A stretch of DNA of 64,000 nucleotides from assembly GCA_965153285.1 (NCBI GenBank), contig OZ229129.1. One strand, 5' to 3'. Each line of letters begins with the position of its first letter. Position 1 is the first letter of the stretch. Both the position numbers and the translations under genes were made by a program. Positions 50,937-64,000 of this stretch are shown one piece after another. The notes below the pieces were generated by a model. The model saw only the letters and a list, made by a program, of their open reading frames with translations. It ran no database searches and had not been told where the DNA came from. This DNA comes from Podarcis tiliguerta (lineage: Eukaryota).

Positions 50937-51210
50937 CAGTGGTACCTCGCAAGAAGAATGCTTCGCAAGACGAAAAACTCGCAAGATGAAAGAGTTTTTC
51001 GTTTTCTGAGTTGCTTTGCAAGACGAATTTCCCTATGGGCTTGCTTCGGAAGACGAAAACGTCTTGCGCCTTTTTTTAAAAACCGCCAATGCATTCCTAT
51101 GGGAAACCGTAAATGCATTTCCTATGGGAAACCGTGCTTCGCAAGACGAAAAATTCACAAGATGAAAAAACTCGCAGAACGAATTAATTTCGTCTTGCGA
51201 GGCACCACTG
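50937..51210. mobile_element. pogo/Tigger-type MITE, 274 bp
   Basis: TA TSD; TIRs CAGTGGTACCTCGCAAGA / TCTTGCGAGGCACCACTG; repeated GCAAGACGAA motifs. Confidence 0.9.
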
Positions 51211-51991
51211 TAGCATAGTATCAAAACAAATTTCTTTTCATTTGCAGAATATAGTTGGATATCTTTTCAAAATGAGAGAAAGTGTCAAGCTCTCACCTCT
51301 CACTGAGTTTGTATACATACTTAAGCTACGTATATAAGAGGCTCGTTTATAATTATATTTCGGGAACGATCCATAATTCATTGAGCTGCATTGTTTCATA
51401 CTTTCAGGAAGTCCCCATGAAGATATTACATAGTAGTTGTGTTATATGCTTTGAATCAAGCACTGCTAGGAGTTGTTTCTTTTTGTTTTCCAGTGCATCT
51501 CTTATCAGTTAAAAAAAAATAATTGGTGGGGAATGAGCAAATTTTTATTTTGAAGTTGTGGCCCAGAGAAAATGCTAAACCAAAAGGGGGGAAAAAGGGG
51601 GACACACACTCAAACATTGCAACCTTTATTATTTGACTGCCATCCTTCCTGCATGACAGCAGATACTTTGGGATGGTGGTGGTGATATTGGGGTAGCTGA
51701 GTGAGACACTTACCTGCAGAACACTACGTCATGTATGGATTGTGCTCCTCCCCCCCCTTTTTACTCTACTGATTACTTTGAGTCTGACTGATGTTTTAAT
51801 GTATTTTTAAATATTTTGTTGGAAGCCGCCCAGAGTGGCTAGGAAAACCCAGCCAGATGGGCGGGGTATAAATAATAAATTATTATTATTACAGTCACCT
51901 CACTATTTATCTGGAAACTGAAGTGGCAAATAACTGCAAGCCTGGAGAGAGAGAGAGAGAGAGTTAGAGAGAGAGTTTGTGTTTGGTTTAC

Positions 51992-53005
51992 CTTGTGCTT
52001 CCTCTTCAACTTAGGGTTGGGCTTTTCGGGCGCTGGTGTTGGGGACTCTCGGGACTGTCGCCTGTGCTTCGTGTTGGCCTCCCAGGGCTCCATTTTCCTG
52101 GGCATGGCCTCGAAGACACTTTGATTGGAGGCCTGAGAGATTAGATCCAGGTCTATCTTCACCCAGAGGTGCCTGCGCCCTTCAAACTCTCTTAGAGGAG
52201 AAATGGGTTCACTCTGCAGAAGTTGTATTGGGGATAGAAGCTCCTCCAAGTCATTGCTTTGGTCGACGGACACATTGCTGCTGTTGCTCGTTAGGCTGCT
52301 GACACTGAGAACGTTGCTGCTGGAGTTCTTGGCTTTGGTGCCACTGCTGAGGCCACTGCAAGACGGCAGGTTCTTGCCTTGTAAGCTTTCTTCCTGGTCG
52401 GTGTTTGAGTCGGATGTGGAGGAATCTGTTTCCACAAATTCCCGAGACTTGGGAACTGTTTTGCCAGGGCCTCTATACTTCTTCTTCTCGGGCGCTGGCC
52501 CTGTGGTCATTCTTGGCTCTTTACGTGGAGCAGTCTTTCCGGCAGTTATTTTTGGGCGGACTTTTGGCTGCTCTTGGGCTTCTTGTGTTTCCTTCTCTTT
52601 GGGTGTGCTGGTAATATTTGGTTTGGTCCAATTGTAGTCTTCTACACTGGAAGTCCTTTCTATCTTTTTGGGTTGCTTTTTCCCGGTAGTCCTTTGGGTG
52701 GTGGGTTCATTGTGAGCTGGTGATTTCTGCTTGGAACTCTTCACCTCTGGTGGAGCTTTCTGGGCGACACGGGGTTTGGCTTTCTCTGAAACGGGGTTAC
52801 GGAGCGCCCTGTCTTTGGATTCAGTCAGAGGCAGGGTGCTAGCCGCTTTCCCTTTGTTTTGTCCTTCAGCCTGTGAGTTGCTCTGAGGTTGAGAGCTGCT
52901 CTCACCATGACTCTCATGCTGCTTGCTGATGATCATTTTGTTGTGGGGATTGACTTTATTTAACCACTTCACCAACTGCCATTTGTTTGCTGAGGGAGGT
53001 TCAGG
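51992..53005 (-). CDS. AFF2: AFF2 large exon (approx. human exon 11), includes AF9/ENL-binding motif
   Basis: Acceptor ccttctgcag, donor AAG|gtaaac; 1014 nt open, phase 0 to 0. Encodes PEPPSANKWQLVKWLNKV...KKKYRGPGKTVPKSREFVETDSSTSDS...LWVKIDLDLISQ...KLKRKHK. Confidence 0.97.
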
Positions 53006-53942
53006 CTGCAGAAGGATGAAAGAAGGAGAAGTCTTGTTTCTGAAAAGTTACCAGCTTTTCTGGTAGCAAGTCTGAACCTGAGCAACATTCCTCACCCTGC
53101 CCCATCAACTGGCAACCCCAAGTGAATTGCATTATTGCTCTAAAAGCTTAAGAGCTTTAAACATTTGCAAAGAGATGTGAATATTTATTTGCAAAGACCA
53201 TGTCTGATCATCATAGTCACCATATATACTAGGAGCCAACTCATTTCTCTGGCCTGGTTCACATGTAACACTAAGCCATGATTGATAAACGAAGGTTTAC
53301 TGAACCATAGTTTAAACTGATCAGCTGAAGCCACCCCAACTATTTACACTGACCATAGCTTAACATTACATGAGGGCCGAGACTCTTAGTGCTGGTCCAG
53401 AAGTAGCCAAAGTGGGGAGAGGAGAAAAGGGGTGGGGGTTGAGGTGGAAATTATCAGCAGGTTTTGGGGGAATTTCTGAATTTGAAGAAATACAAAAAAA
53501 CTTTGATAAAAAATAATCTTAAGAGGGAGCACCTCAAAACAGCCTCAAAACATGGTTGAACATGCTCAGTGGCCATGGAATGCTTACAGGAGAGAAGGAA
53601 AATCAGAAGGCAGAGAGTGTATCATTTTGCTGCAATGTTTCATTTCAGGTCCCAGATGTATAAATGAATGAAATGAAATATAAATGAATTTTGGAGGGGA
53701 AGGGCGTCAGACCTTTGGTTTTTACCTCAGGCATTCAACTGCCTGATTAAGTTTTTACCTCTGGCATTCCTCTGTGGGCATGGAACGCTTTCTGACTGTT
53801 CAGGGGAGAAAGGACAGCCAGAAGGCAGAGGGAATGCCATGGAACATTACTTTGCTGCAATTTTTTGTTGCAGATCCCATATATAGAGAGATTTTGAAGG
53901 GTCACACTTTTGGACCTTGGGCTTTTGGTCTGTTTGTTTTAC

Positions 53943-54105
53943 CTTTGGTGTTTCATTGCATGGTTCTTTGTTGCATTCGCTGTCGCTGGAGCTGGTTTCA
54001 CTGTCTGAATCAGACTCCGAGCTGCTTTCAGATTCACTGGAGCTCCCAGAACCTCCACTGGAATGTATTAAGACTGGGTTGTGTGCTGCTGGCGACACAA
54101 GGCCA
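53943..54105 (-). CDS. AFF2: AFF2 coding exon (approx. human exon 10), Ser-rich
   Basis: Acceptor tttttctatttgcag, donor AAG|gtaaaa; 163 nt, phase 2 to 0. Encodes GLVSPAAHNPVLIHSSGGSGSSSESESSSESDSDSETSSSDSECNKEPCNETPK, matching the AFF2 SGGSGSSSESESSSESDSD block. Confidence 0.93.
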
Positions 54106-54514
54106 CTGCAAATAGAAAAAGACACATACCGGCTGTTAATGTTTCTGAGGAGACACCAGGTTGTCACTACTTGTGCTCTGGTTGATTTTAAAGGTACGTG
54201 AATTTCTCATTCATCTCTGACTCCCAGTTGACTCGGAAAAGAGAGTTTCAACAGAAATGATTCCAGGAAGTCAACTTTGCCTTTATCCAACTAGCTCACC
54301 GACCCATATTTATTTACTTTGCTTTTGAATTGCTTCCCATGAAACAATAAGCAATTAAAAAGACCCCCCCCCCCAATAAAAATATAAACCATAAGAACTA
54401 AACATGTATGCAAGCTGATTACATCCAACAATGAAAATGAATTGGACGACTTAACATTCAATGCAGATAGAATCTGGGATAAGAATGTGCACTAAGTTCT
54501 CCCGCCTCCTCATT

Positions 54515-54797
54515 CCCCACAACAACCCAGTGAAGTAGTGTTAGGCTGAGAGGCATTGACTGGCCCCTCAAGGTAAGTTTCACGGCTGAGTGGAGATTTA
54601 AACCTAGGTCTCCCAGGTCCAAATCTGACACACTAACCCAGGCTTCCTCAAACTCGACCCTCCAGATGTTTTTGGCCTACAATTCCCATGATCCCTAGTT
54701 AGCAGGACCAGTAGTCAGGGATGATGGGAATTGTACTATCAAAACATCTGGAGGGCTGAGTTTCAGGAACCCTTCTCTAACCACTACACCACACTGG
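54515..54797 (-). mobile_element. Squam3-like SINE interrupted by a palindromic hAT MITE (~54639-54775)
   Basis: Minus-strand head ccagtgtggtgtagtggttaga...; the MITE lies between the near-identical 8-mers CACTAACC and CTCTAACC. Confidence 0.7.
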
Positions 54798-57700
54798 ATC
54801 ATTCCATGTGATTTCATGTTACTAAAAAAATATGGGGGAAAGCCATGGAGAAACCATAACTCTGTCATTCTGTTCAAGCAATGATTGGCCCAAACCCATT
54901 CTTGGCCTATTCTATAAACCTAGAAGATTAGACTTTCAGTCATCAATCTCCATCTCCTGCGTACTCCCATTCAAATAAAAGGAGGCTACTACAGAATCAA
55001 TGGGGATGAGTATTTGCATGCTGTAATTTTTCAATTGGTCTCTGAGGTTTTTAAGCTAAGTAGGATGCAGGGATTATGAGCAAGTAGCCCAATAAAATGT
55101 AATTTATTGTCACATGTCCAAACCTGTTAGAATGCGGCTTCCAGAAACAAACAGCAATTGTTTAAATAATTTACCAACAGAAATGTACAGTCCTCGGGTT
55201 TTTTTTTTGAGCCACACATTCATAATTTATGCTCAGATGAAGGACATTAGGCAGCTCTAATATTTGCATGTAAACATTGTAAAAATTTATTTTAACTAAT
55301 GCTATGGTTTATTCCACCCCACCCCCCATCTCCCCCACACTGCAGCCAGGGTTGTATAGAAAGAGCAATAGGTGCATTACAATTCTGTAGAGATGCCCTG
55401 GGGAGTCTTCATCTGAAGCTAGTTATTCACTTGTGCCTTTGTAAAACACAGTACTAAAATAAAACATTTTTAGGGCCCCTCTGTTCCAAATTGCAACACT
55501 TATCCCATGTTTCTTTCCTCACCCTGTGCTACAAGTTATAGATTCAGGGTAAAGATCTGGATTTCCAGTGCAACAGATTTTGCTTTCTGCAGTGGTTGAG
55601 AAAGCAGTGCCTGTCTGCCATCACACTATGCAAGAATTTTGAATGCCTGACATACCTTAGTGTCCTTTGTTTTCCTCCCAAATCTTACTTTACTTCCTTG
55701 GTGCCATAAATGCTCATTCTTCCTGGACTTTGTTTTACACAAATGCTATCATTATTTTCTTGCAACATATGCTACACACTATTATTGCCCTTATATGCAT
55801 TGCCTATATTTTTGGGTGGGTTATTGGTTCCTCCCACCTGTAATAGGATGGGATCACTGTATTCCAATTTGATGTGTGTTAAGATTTTTTGAGAACAATG
55901 AAACTTGTTTACAACAGAAAGAGAATTATGTAGTACCATCAGGGATTGAACCTGGGACCATCTATCTACAAAGAAGATGTCCTTCCTCAAATAGAAAAGA
56001 TGCACTTGTTGCTTGCTTGTGGGTGTGGTGCCTATAGAAGTTTCCCCAGTTGTCACAAATGTTCTGACAGGCCCCCAAAGTTTGGAAACCCCTGTTATTT
56101 CCAAGGCCCAAAACAAATGGCTTGGTCCCATTGAATCGAAGAAGTCACCTCCATTTTTATGACCCAAGCTGATTATTATTTTTACGACTGAAGGTGCAGC
56201 ATTCTCTTAAGGGAGATATCCATGCACCAAGCCAGGAGAAAGTACTTTCCCTTGGGAGACAGATGCACGAGCCAGAACTCATGCATCTTCTGGAAGCAGA
56301 GCAAAACATTTTTCTCTGCACAGGCTTTTGTTGGCTACTAGCTATTAGGTAGAATATTATTATGTGACCCATCCTCCTAAGATGAGAACAGCTTTGAGTC
56401 CAAGGACATAACTGGCTGATAAATAAATAAGGAGCCTCTTTCATTAAGCACAAGCAAAATACTCATTAAAATGCAAGGGATACCTCTAGAGGGACATACC
56501 ACTTTCCATTGTAATGATGAACATGACCCACATGTGGAGCATGAAAAAGTTTGTGTGCTTGGCACTCTAGTAAAACTGACTTTAGCCTTATAAAAGCACA
56601 CAAATAGAATTTCTGACTTTCACAAGAGGTAGTAATTCACACTTCTGTATCCATCTGCCTGAATGAGAGGGAAGAAGGAGAGAGTGCCTGATGGTTGATT
56701 TTAAGTATGTGAAGCTGAGCCAGCAAAGCGTCAGAGAAGTGAGGTCATTTGATATTATTCCTTTACGCCTATTCAGCATATCTCATGGGAAACACATGTC
56801 CCCAATATCAAATTATCACCAAAAATAATTTGGAAGTCTTTTTTTTTTTTTTTAAGAGTTAGGCTCCATTGCTCCCTTCCCCACCACTAATCCCTTTCCC
56901 ATTATCCTTGACCATTGGCCATATTGGCTGGGTGCTGATGGAGTTCAAGTCCAGCAACATCTGGAAGATCAAAGGTCTCCCATCTCTGTCATATAAGATC
57001 TGCATTCTCATCATTATGTCCAATTTAGAAACAGTTATCTGTATGTTCCACCCACCTATGATCCCAGCATCTGCTTGGCGATATTCCCTGCAATGGGCTG
57101 AAATCTGAGTAATGCTGTTGTGGCTTTAACTTGACTGCCTGGATGTGAAAGCTTTATCATGGTCTGCTCATCTCTAAACTTGAAGAGGAAGAAGACCTAC
57201 ATATGAACCTAAGAGCCTATTGGATCAGGCCAGTGGCCCACCCTGTGCCCAATGGCTGACTACATGCCTATGGGAGACCTATAAGCAGGATGACAAGTGC
57301 ATCGGCACTCTCCAGCAAATGAAGCATAATGTCACCAGCTGTGAAGTAAGAACAGTCACCAGGATTAGTAGCGACTTATAGCCTTATATTCTATAAATTT
57401 AAAGCCATCCAAGATGGTGACCACCATTCCCTCTTGTGCAGTTTAACTACTGTATCTGCTTTGTGAAGCAGTGCTTTTTGTTCATTTGTCCTGAGTCTTC
57501 CAACACTCAGCTTAACTGGGTCTTCCAACACTGAAGCAATCACAACACTGTTCACCATATACACCCTGAATGGACTGTGAGTGCAGCAGCCTTGTAGTCC
57601 ACCTTAAAGTACTTCCGATAGAATATATAGACAACATTTTTTATATTCATAGTGGGATGGCTGCCACAGGGGCTCCCATTAGGAACACAGGAAGCTGTCA

Positions 57701-59947
57701 TACAACAAGCCATGCATTCTTTGCTCCTAGATATAAGGCATTGAACACCTGAGGGCTGGGGGCCAAATTCAATCCTCCAAGCCCCCACTCTAAAAGGCCC
57801 TTGGGACTTTCCCCTTGCCACATCCTCCTTGGGTGTTTCCCCCCATCTGGAATGTGTCATTGGAACTCTGATAAGGACTTGCTTGCAAAGGTGGAGGATA
57901 GAGATCAAGTGTGTGAAGAAAGTAGATTACTGTGCAAAAATAAAATCAACATGATTTGCTCCACCCTATTTGGCTTTTGGGCTTGCCCTCCATTAACATG
58001 TGAACCCCCCAGAAGGGAATGCAGCCTGAATGCAGGGCTGAAAAGGATTCGCCACACCTGCATTAAAGGATGCTCTTGGCTTACTCTGCATTCAAAACAG
58101 GGTTCATCCTGAACAGGGTTGGAGGAGAAGTTTTCTTGTTTTTAAGAAAACCAATCTACCTGCACATCTCAGACTATTGCAAGGTTCTCCACAGGCTTGT
58201 GTCATCTTTACAGACTGACAACAGCTCTACAGGACAGGTCAGATATTCAGGTGGGCTTTTTGGCAGAGGGCTTCCCCAACGCTACACGGAGGTGAAACCA
58301 GTCCAGAATTCTGCTTATGCAGTTTGGTTTCCTGGCATGTTTACAGCCACACATGGATCTATGGAAGATCTGTTTATTGTGAGGTTGTTAAAAACGACAA
58401 TGAAAAGCTAAACCTTGTGTCAGTAGCCACAGCACATTCCTGGACTAGGGCAGCACCAATTGCCAAGGCAGAAGCAAGCATGCTAGGAAATGTATGTATA
58501 GAGCAGCCTAAGCCTTTAATCGCCTGACAAAGAAAAGACCAAAATAATAGAAACAGACCCAGCGCGGCCTTAATTTCTTTCCAATCCAAAAATAATTCCA
58601 AGAAAACTACTTATATGCCAAATAGCATTGAAAAATCAACTTCTGAAAGATTACTGGTTTGCTCAAAATACCCCCTCCTTCTTTTGTCCGTACAAAATAC
58701 AATGGGGTCCTGTTTGCTTTTTCGTCTTGGGTAACAAAACTGACTTGATATATCTTGCAATTCTGCACTGAAGAACTCTTAGCCCTTAAATGGTCCACTT
58801 TTTCCCCTTTTTGTCACTTAGGTTCAACGTAAGAGTAGCTCCTGCTTTATCACCAGCCAAGATGAGAAAACCCTTTTATCTGCAATGTTCGTGCAAAGTG
58901 AAAGATAAAGGGCATCTTGCATACAGACAGATGCATGACTGATTCTGGGAAAAGCAGAAATAAACAGAATGAGGTACTGGTGCAGGGGAAGGGGATCCTT
59001 ATTTTGAAAGATGAACTGAAGTGGAGAGATTACAGGTTAAAAAGAAAGAAAGAAAAAGAACAGGTTGGTTTGAACCTCCACCTGGACACTAGGGTTTGGC
59101 CATGTGCTTGAAATGGTTTCCTACAAAGATCAAGGGACAGAAGATTGACTGATGGAAGTGCTGTTCTCTCTTTAACAGAGTCATGTTCACCCCAGTCTCC
59201 AAGCAGTGAGAGACTCCAGAGATGCCTGAGCCTAACTAGAGTTTGGTTTCCTTGTAATGAAGGTAAATGGAGACTTTAGGGTATATGGTTTCATTTACCT
59301 TTACCTTTACAATTTGAGCATGAGAAGCAAGGGCTCACAACACTCCACAGATCTTGCTGTTAGACTGCAACTCCCCTCATCCCTGTCCATTGATCGCACT
59401 GCCTGGGGCTGCTGGGAGTTAGAGTCCAACATCTGAAGGACACCACAGTGATGACACCTGACCTCTCATATCACATTCTGTCAACGCACCTCAAAAAGCG
59501 ATCTTGCGGATCTGGAAAAGTGATCCAAAATGATCAAGGGGGTGTAGCAACTCCCCTATGAGGAAAGGTTAAAATGGTTAGGGATTTATAGTTTGGGGGG
59601 GGGAATGTCAAGCAGGGGAAAACATGACAGAGGTGTATAAAACCATGCCTGCTGTTTAGAAAGGGGACAAAGTTTTTCTCCTTTCATCTGATGAAGCTCA
59701 ATGGCAATTCAGTAAGGACTCCTTCACATATTGCACAGTTAAAACTATCTGTTTGCTTCCAAAAGATTTGGTGATGGCCACTATCTTGGACAGCTTTAAA
59801 TTAATATTGGATAAGGCTATCAGTGACAACCAGCCATGATGTCTGCATTATTTCTGGTATCAGAGGCGGCATGCCTCTGAATAGGAGCTGCTGGGGATTG
59901 TGACTGGGAGAAGGCTGTTGGGTGGTCATGCCCTGCTTGTGGGATTG

Positions 59948-60267
59948 CAGATCCTCCAAGGGTCCCTAGTTTCCAGGGACACCCCTGATTTAGAGAAGCC
60001 ATCCCTGTTTCCAATTTGATCCCGTGACATCCCACTTTTCCTTAGGACGTCCCTATTTTCATTGGAGAAATGCTGAAGGGAATGGAGTTATCTGACCCCC
60101 TGAGCTGTCTGAAGGCAATCCTGTATAGGGAAGGTTTTTTAAATGTTTTATTATGTTTTTATGTGTGTTGGAAGCTGCCCTAGTAACAAGTGTGGGATAT
60201 AAATAGTAAAATTATCATTAAAGAATGGGATGTCCCTATTTTAAATGGAGAAATGTTGGAGGATATG
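59948..60267. mobile_element. Non-autonomous hAT element nested in a CR1 3' end (CR1 ~59580-60350)
   Basis: Ends CAGATCCTCCAA / TTGGAGGATATG, GTCCCTATTTT subterminal motifs, and CR1 sequence resumes after it. Confidence 0.65.
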
Positions 60268-61151
60268 GGGTTGCCATAGGCATCTAGTTGGCCACTCAGG
60301 GTACAGAGGGGCCAATGAACTGTTCCAGCAGGACTCTTCTTACGTTCCTACTAGAGTCTGGATAGTGGGGACAAGGGATGGGGAAGAAAATTAAAATACT
60401 TCTCAATTAAAGGTGCATCAACACCAGTCATCCTTCAAAAAATGCACCTTTCTTAATTTTGCAATGCAGTTCTGCATCCAAGTAATGTGTACAAAAATGG
60501 ATATACAGTAGGGCAAAATGTGCATGTGTATTATGTGTATTAGTGAAAATAGCAATGTATAAGGGGAATTGCATACAAAAATGAGTTTGTTTTGTGAAAT
60601 GCACACTGAAATTGCTGGTGAATTTTCATGAGAACTTTATTTTTTATTTAATCACAAATGGATGTGCAAATGCTGGAGAGGTGAACGTGAGACTGGAAAA
60701 ATGACAAATGGAAAGAAACCAAAGCTGATACCCATCGCTAGTGATGACTACAGGCCTTGGAGACCATGTCCATAAAAAGGCCTGCTTTCCCCTCATTTCA
60801 TGTGCACCTTAAGTCAATCAGATATAAACAAGTGAAGCTGCCTTATAGGAGTCAGAGCACTGGCCCATCTAGCCCACTGTTGTTTCCTTGGATCAGCAGG
60901 AGCTCGTCAAGGTTTCACCGATAGGCCCTTCCCAGCACCGCTAGCAAAAATGGAGAGTGAACCTGTGGCCTTCTCCACTCCACAAAACCTCCTGTTGCAC
61001 TAGGGCTATCTGCTTCTTTGTGCTAGATCTTTCATTTGCTGTTGGATCAAACACTCCATAGCTACCAAGAGCACTCCCTCCCCCAGTTCAGTAGTTTGAG
61101 GAAACAAGCCATCTGCTTTCCACGTTCAAGCCTCCACTTTTGCTTCATGTA

Positions 61152-61393
61152 CAGTGGTACCTCGGGTTAAGAACTTAATTAGTTCTGGAGGTCTGTTCTT
61201 AACCTGAAACTGTTCTTAACCTGAAGCACCACTTTAGCTAATGGGGCCTCCTCCTGCTGCTGCTGTGCCGCTGCATGATTTCTGTTCTCATCCTGAAGCA
61301 AAGTTCTTAACCTGAGGTACAATTTCTGGGTTAGTGGAGTCTGTAACATGAAGCGTATGTAACCTGAAGCATATGTAACCTGAGGTACCACTG
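61152..61393. mobile_element. pogo/Tigger-type MITE, 242 bp
   Basis: TA TSD; TIRs CAGTGGTACCTCGGGTTA / TAACCTGAGGTACCACTG; repeated TAACCTGA motifs. Confidence 0.9.
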
Positions 61394-64000
61394 TATTTCT
61401 TAAAGTTACAGATTCATTTCCAGACATTTCTTAAATGATTACAGATCTGTCATGAGCACGGCTTATTTTTCTGCACCATAAATGATGAACAAATGTGCAA
61501 TTCATGCATTGGTTGTGTCCCCCCCGCCCCACCCTGCTCACTGCTGAGACTGTTATTACATTATTTTCAACACATCATTTACCCTTAATATTTTAATAAA
61601 CCACTTTAAAGGTGAAGCAGAGTAGTTACAATAAATAACTACTGTATTACTGGCAATTATTATAATTTTGAGAACGAACGGTGCTGGATCTTCACATTGC
61701 AAATATATTCACAGCGCAATGGTAGGCATTGCCTACTCAGAAGGAAGCACTGTTTAGTTCAGTAGGACTTACTCTCAGGTAAGTATGTAAAGGACTAGTG
61801 CTGCAATGATCAAGAATGTCACTTGGCACTGGGGCTACCAACCAAGTAAAGAATGTTCATTTTTTTATTGGATAAATGGCAGATAATTAATTCATTGATG
61901 TATTTAAAGTAAATATACCCATTATACAAAGCAAACATTGGGTTGGATCCAGAGTCAAGATAAGCAGAGACAGGCAGCACTGAATAATATCCCAGCACTC
62001 AGACCTGTTTGGTGACATTGGGAAGTAGATGGGCTGTTCGATATCTGGACCCTTACCTGATGCAACACCAAACCCTGTGATGCTGCAATCAACAAACTGT
62101 GGCCATTTAAAACCCATCTTAGCCTATGTGCAATTATTTGCTTCCACATGCTGCATCCCTGTTGCGTGTGGGCACACTACCTACTGATTAAACTGATCTA
62201 GCTTTGACACCCTGGTTGATAAAAATGTGACTAGTCTTTTCCGAAAGGACAAAGACTGTCTGACGTCACTCCATGCAGGCTGAGCAAAATTTATCTTCCA
62301 AGCTGAGATTTATGTAGAAGGTGCCAAGTATCCAAAGATTTCATCCGTATCTTTTGGACTTGCCACCCATATCTATCTCTCTATCTGGAATGAAGTTTCC
62401 ATCATACAGTGTATCACAGACTACTAACTTCTTGCAAAGTATTTAAAAACAATCTGAATAGGATGATTTAATGATGGTGATAAGCTTGCTCATAACAGCT
62501 AGGTTGTGAGAAGGGTAACACAGGAAATCTCCAGAACCCCCTATTATTACAGAATAGCTAAGGAAAACCTGGGAAGCCGTCATATTACCCCAAACTGACT
62601 TATAATTCAAGTTCCAAGCAAAACACACAAAACTACAAGATAATAATTTCATTGAGTAATAGTCTTTAAATATAAACTATTGGAATGATAAAATTAATAA
62701 TATGCAACCGCATGTCTTTTTTAAAAAAATTCAAAACAAAAACTTGTCTCTTAAGAGCCACTGAGCTAAAAATCTACATGAGAGTTGAACTGATAAAGAT
62801 AATTGCTGCATCTGTCTTATTCGTTGCTTTGTCTTTATTTTAATATGCTGCTTGTTTGCACTTCTTATTCATCTTCATTAATGCTTCTATTTTTAACAAA
62901 AAACCCACCTCCCATTCTTCCTGTACATTCTGAGTTATTGAAAATATTTTAAAGAATGTTTTTAAAAGAGAAGGCCAGAAAGACAGAAACCTTCAGCTTT
63001 CTCAGCTGCTGGACTGAACCCAAGTCAGAGATGGGCTACATTTTGCAAACCATGGGCTGCATTGGGCCACATGCCATATGTAGGTGCGGCCAGATGCAGA
63101 AGTGGGCAGAGCAATGCATGCAAATTTTAATTTTGCACAGGAAGCAAGCTTACACACCCACCCACCCACCCACCCTGCATCCAGGCAAGCAAGACTCATT
63201 ATCAAACTACACCTTCCAGCCAGGTCAAAACATTTATGGAGGATCCAAAGCAGGACCAGTCAGGGGTGTGGTCTGGGGAGATTTCTGAGGACCAGAAAAG
63301 GAAGATTAAAGAGCTGCACTTGAAATTCCCCACCCCTGATCAAAGTAAATGCAACAGTAGGATTCAACAGGGCATTTCCTTCTTTTTATGTGCTTTTTTA
63401 TTACACATGTACCCCACCTTTCCTCCAAAGGAGTTCAAGGCAGCATTCATGGTTTCACAATGATAATATGTCAGGGTAAGATAAAATGGCTATCCAGATA
63501 TCCCCAATGAGCTTTGCCATTGACTGAGGACTGGAACCAGAGCGTCCCAAATCCTAGTTCAACAATTAAACCCAGTGGTAACCAACTACAGCCCTTCAGA
63601 AGTTGGGACTGCCATCACCTCTGACTTCAGTGGCCGTATTGGCTGAGACTGATGTGAGTCCTGCAACGTCCACAGGACACCACCATACTGGTAGCTCTAA
63701 CCACCATATTTTAACCTCCGTGTCCTACTGGCTCACGTGAGTGAGTGGTAAAGGGAACAGTGGAACAAGTGTCATTTGTAAGCATTTTGTAACAAGCATT
63801 TTGGTACAGAAAGGCAAGATGAAAAGATCATCTAAGTAAATGGGCAAACAGTGTCCCAAGCTATAAAAACAATGCAACTGTCCAACACAAAAAACCTCCT
63901 TCCTCCAATTCCCCGTTTTGGGGAAAATAAATAAATTCCCATATGGGAAACTTAGCATGTTCTCTCTGCATTACAATAATGGCTTCTGTTCATTATTACA

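Noticed and set aside
50937-51210. CRISPR-like short repeats (GCAAGACGAA)
   Set aside because: Irregular subterminal repeats of a TA-flanked MITE in a vertebrate intron; no cas genes.
52036-52637. Plus-strand ORFs of 69-144 aa
   Set aside because: Antisense shadows of the large AFF2 exon.
62057-62096. Strong donor CAG|GTAAGG as the next upstream AFF2 exon
   Set aside because: Nearby acceptors give no peptide resembling AFF2; the upstream exon is probably outside the window.

Overview
Vertebrate genomic DNA. The repeat content (Sauria-SINE, squamate tRNA-SINEs, CR1/L2 tails, hAT and pogo MITEs) points to a squamate, probably a lacertid lizard. Most of the window is the 3' part of AFF2 (FMR2, AF4/FMR2 family) on the minus strand. 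I traced 12 coding exons (54105 down to stop 20089). All have GT-AG boundaries and matching phases, totalling 2407 nt (801 full sense codons plus stop). A ~9.8-kb 3' UTR probably ends at an AATAAA at 10325-10330. Upstream exons lie outside the window. Just downstream of the gene (3.9-8.7 kb) is a nested TE cluster: a solo LTR, then a decayed Copia-type element (LTRs, PBS, PPT, gag remnant). The Copia 5' LTR is split by a 2.46-kb TA-flanked TIR element. That element carries ~1.9 kb of foreign cargo: an L1 3' end, a TBL3/UTP13 gene fragment that looks partly spliced, and an unidentified exon-like segment, i.e. a Pack-TIR-like gene-capture structure. The other main lead is a candidate in-frame 189-nt cassette exon within the AFF2 C-terminal domain (32244-32432). 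Homology calls rest on recalled protein and repeat consensus sequences; no searches were run.
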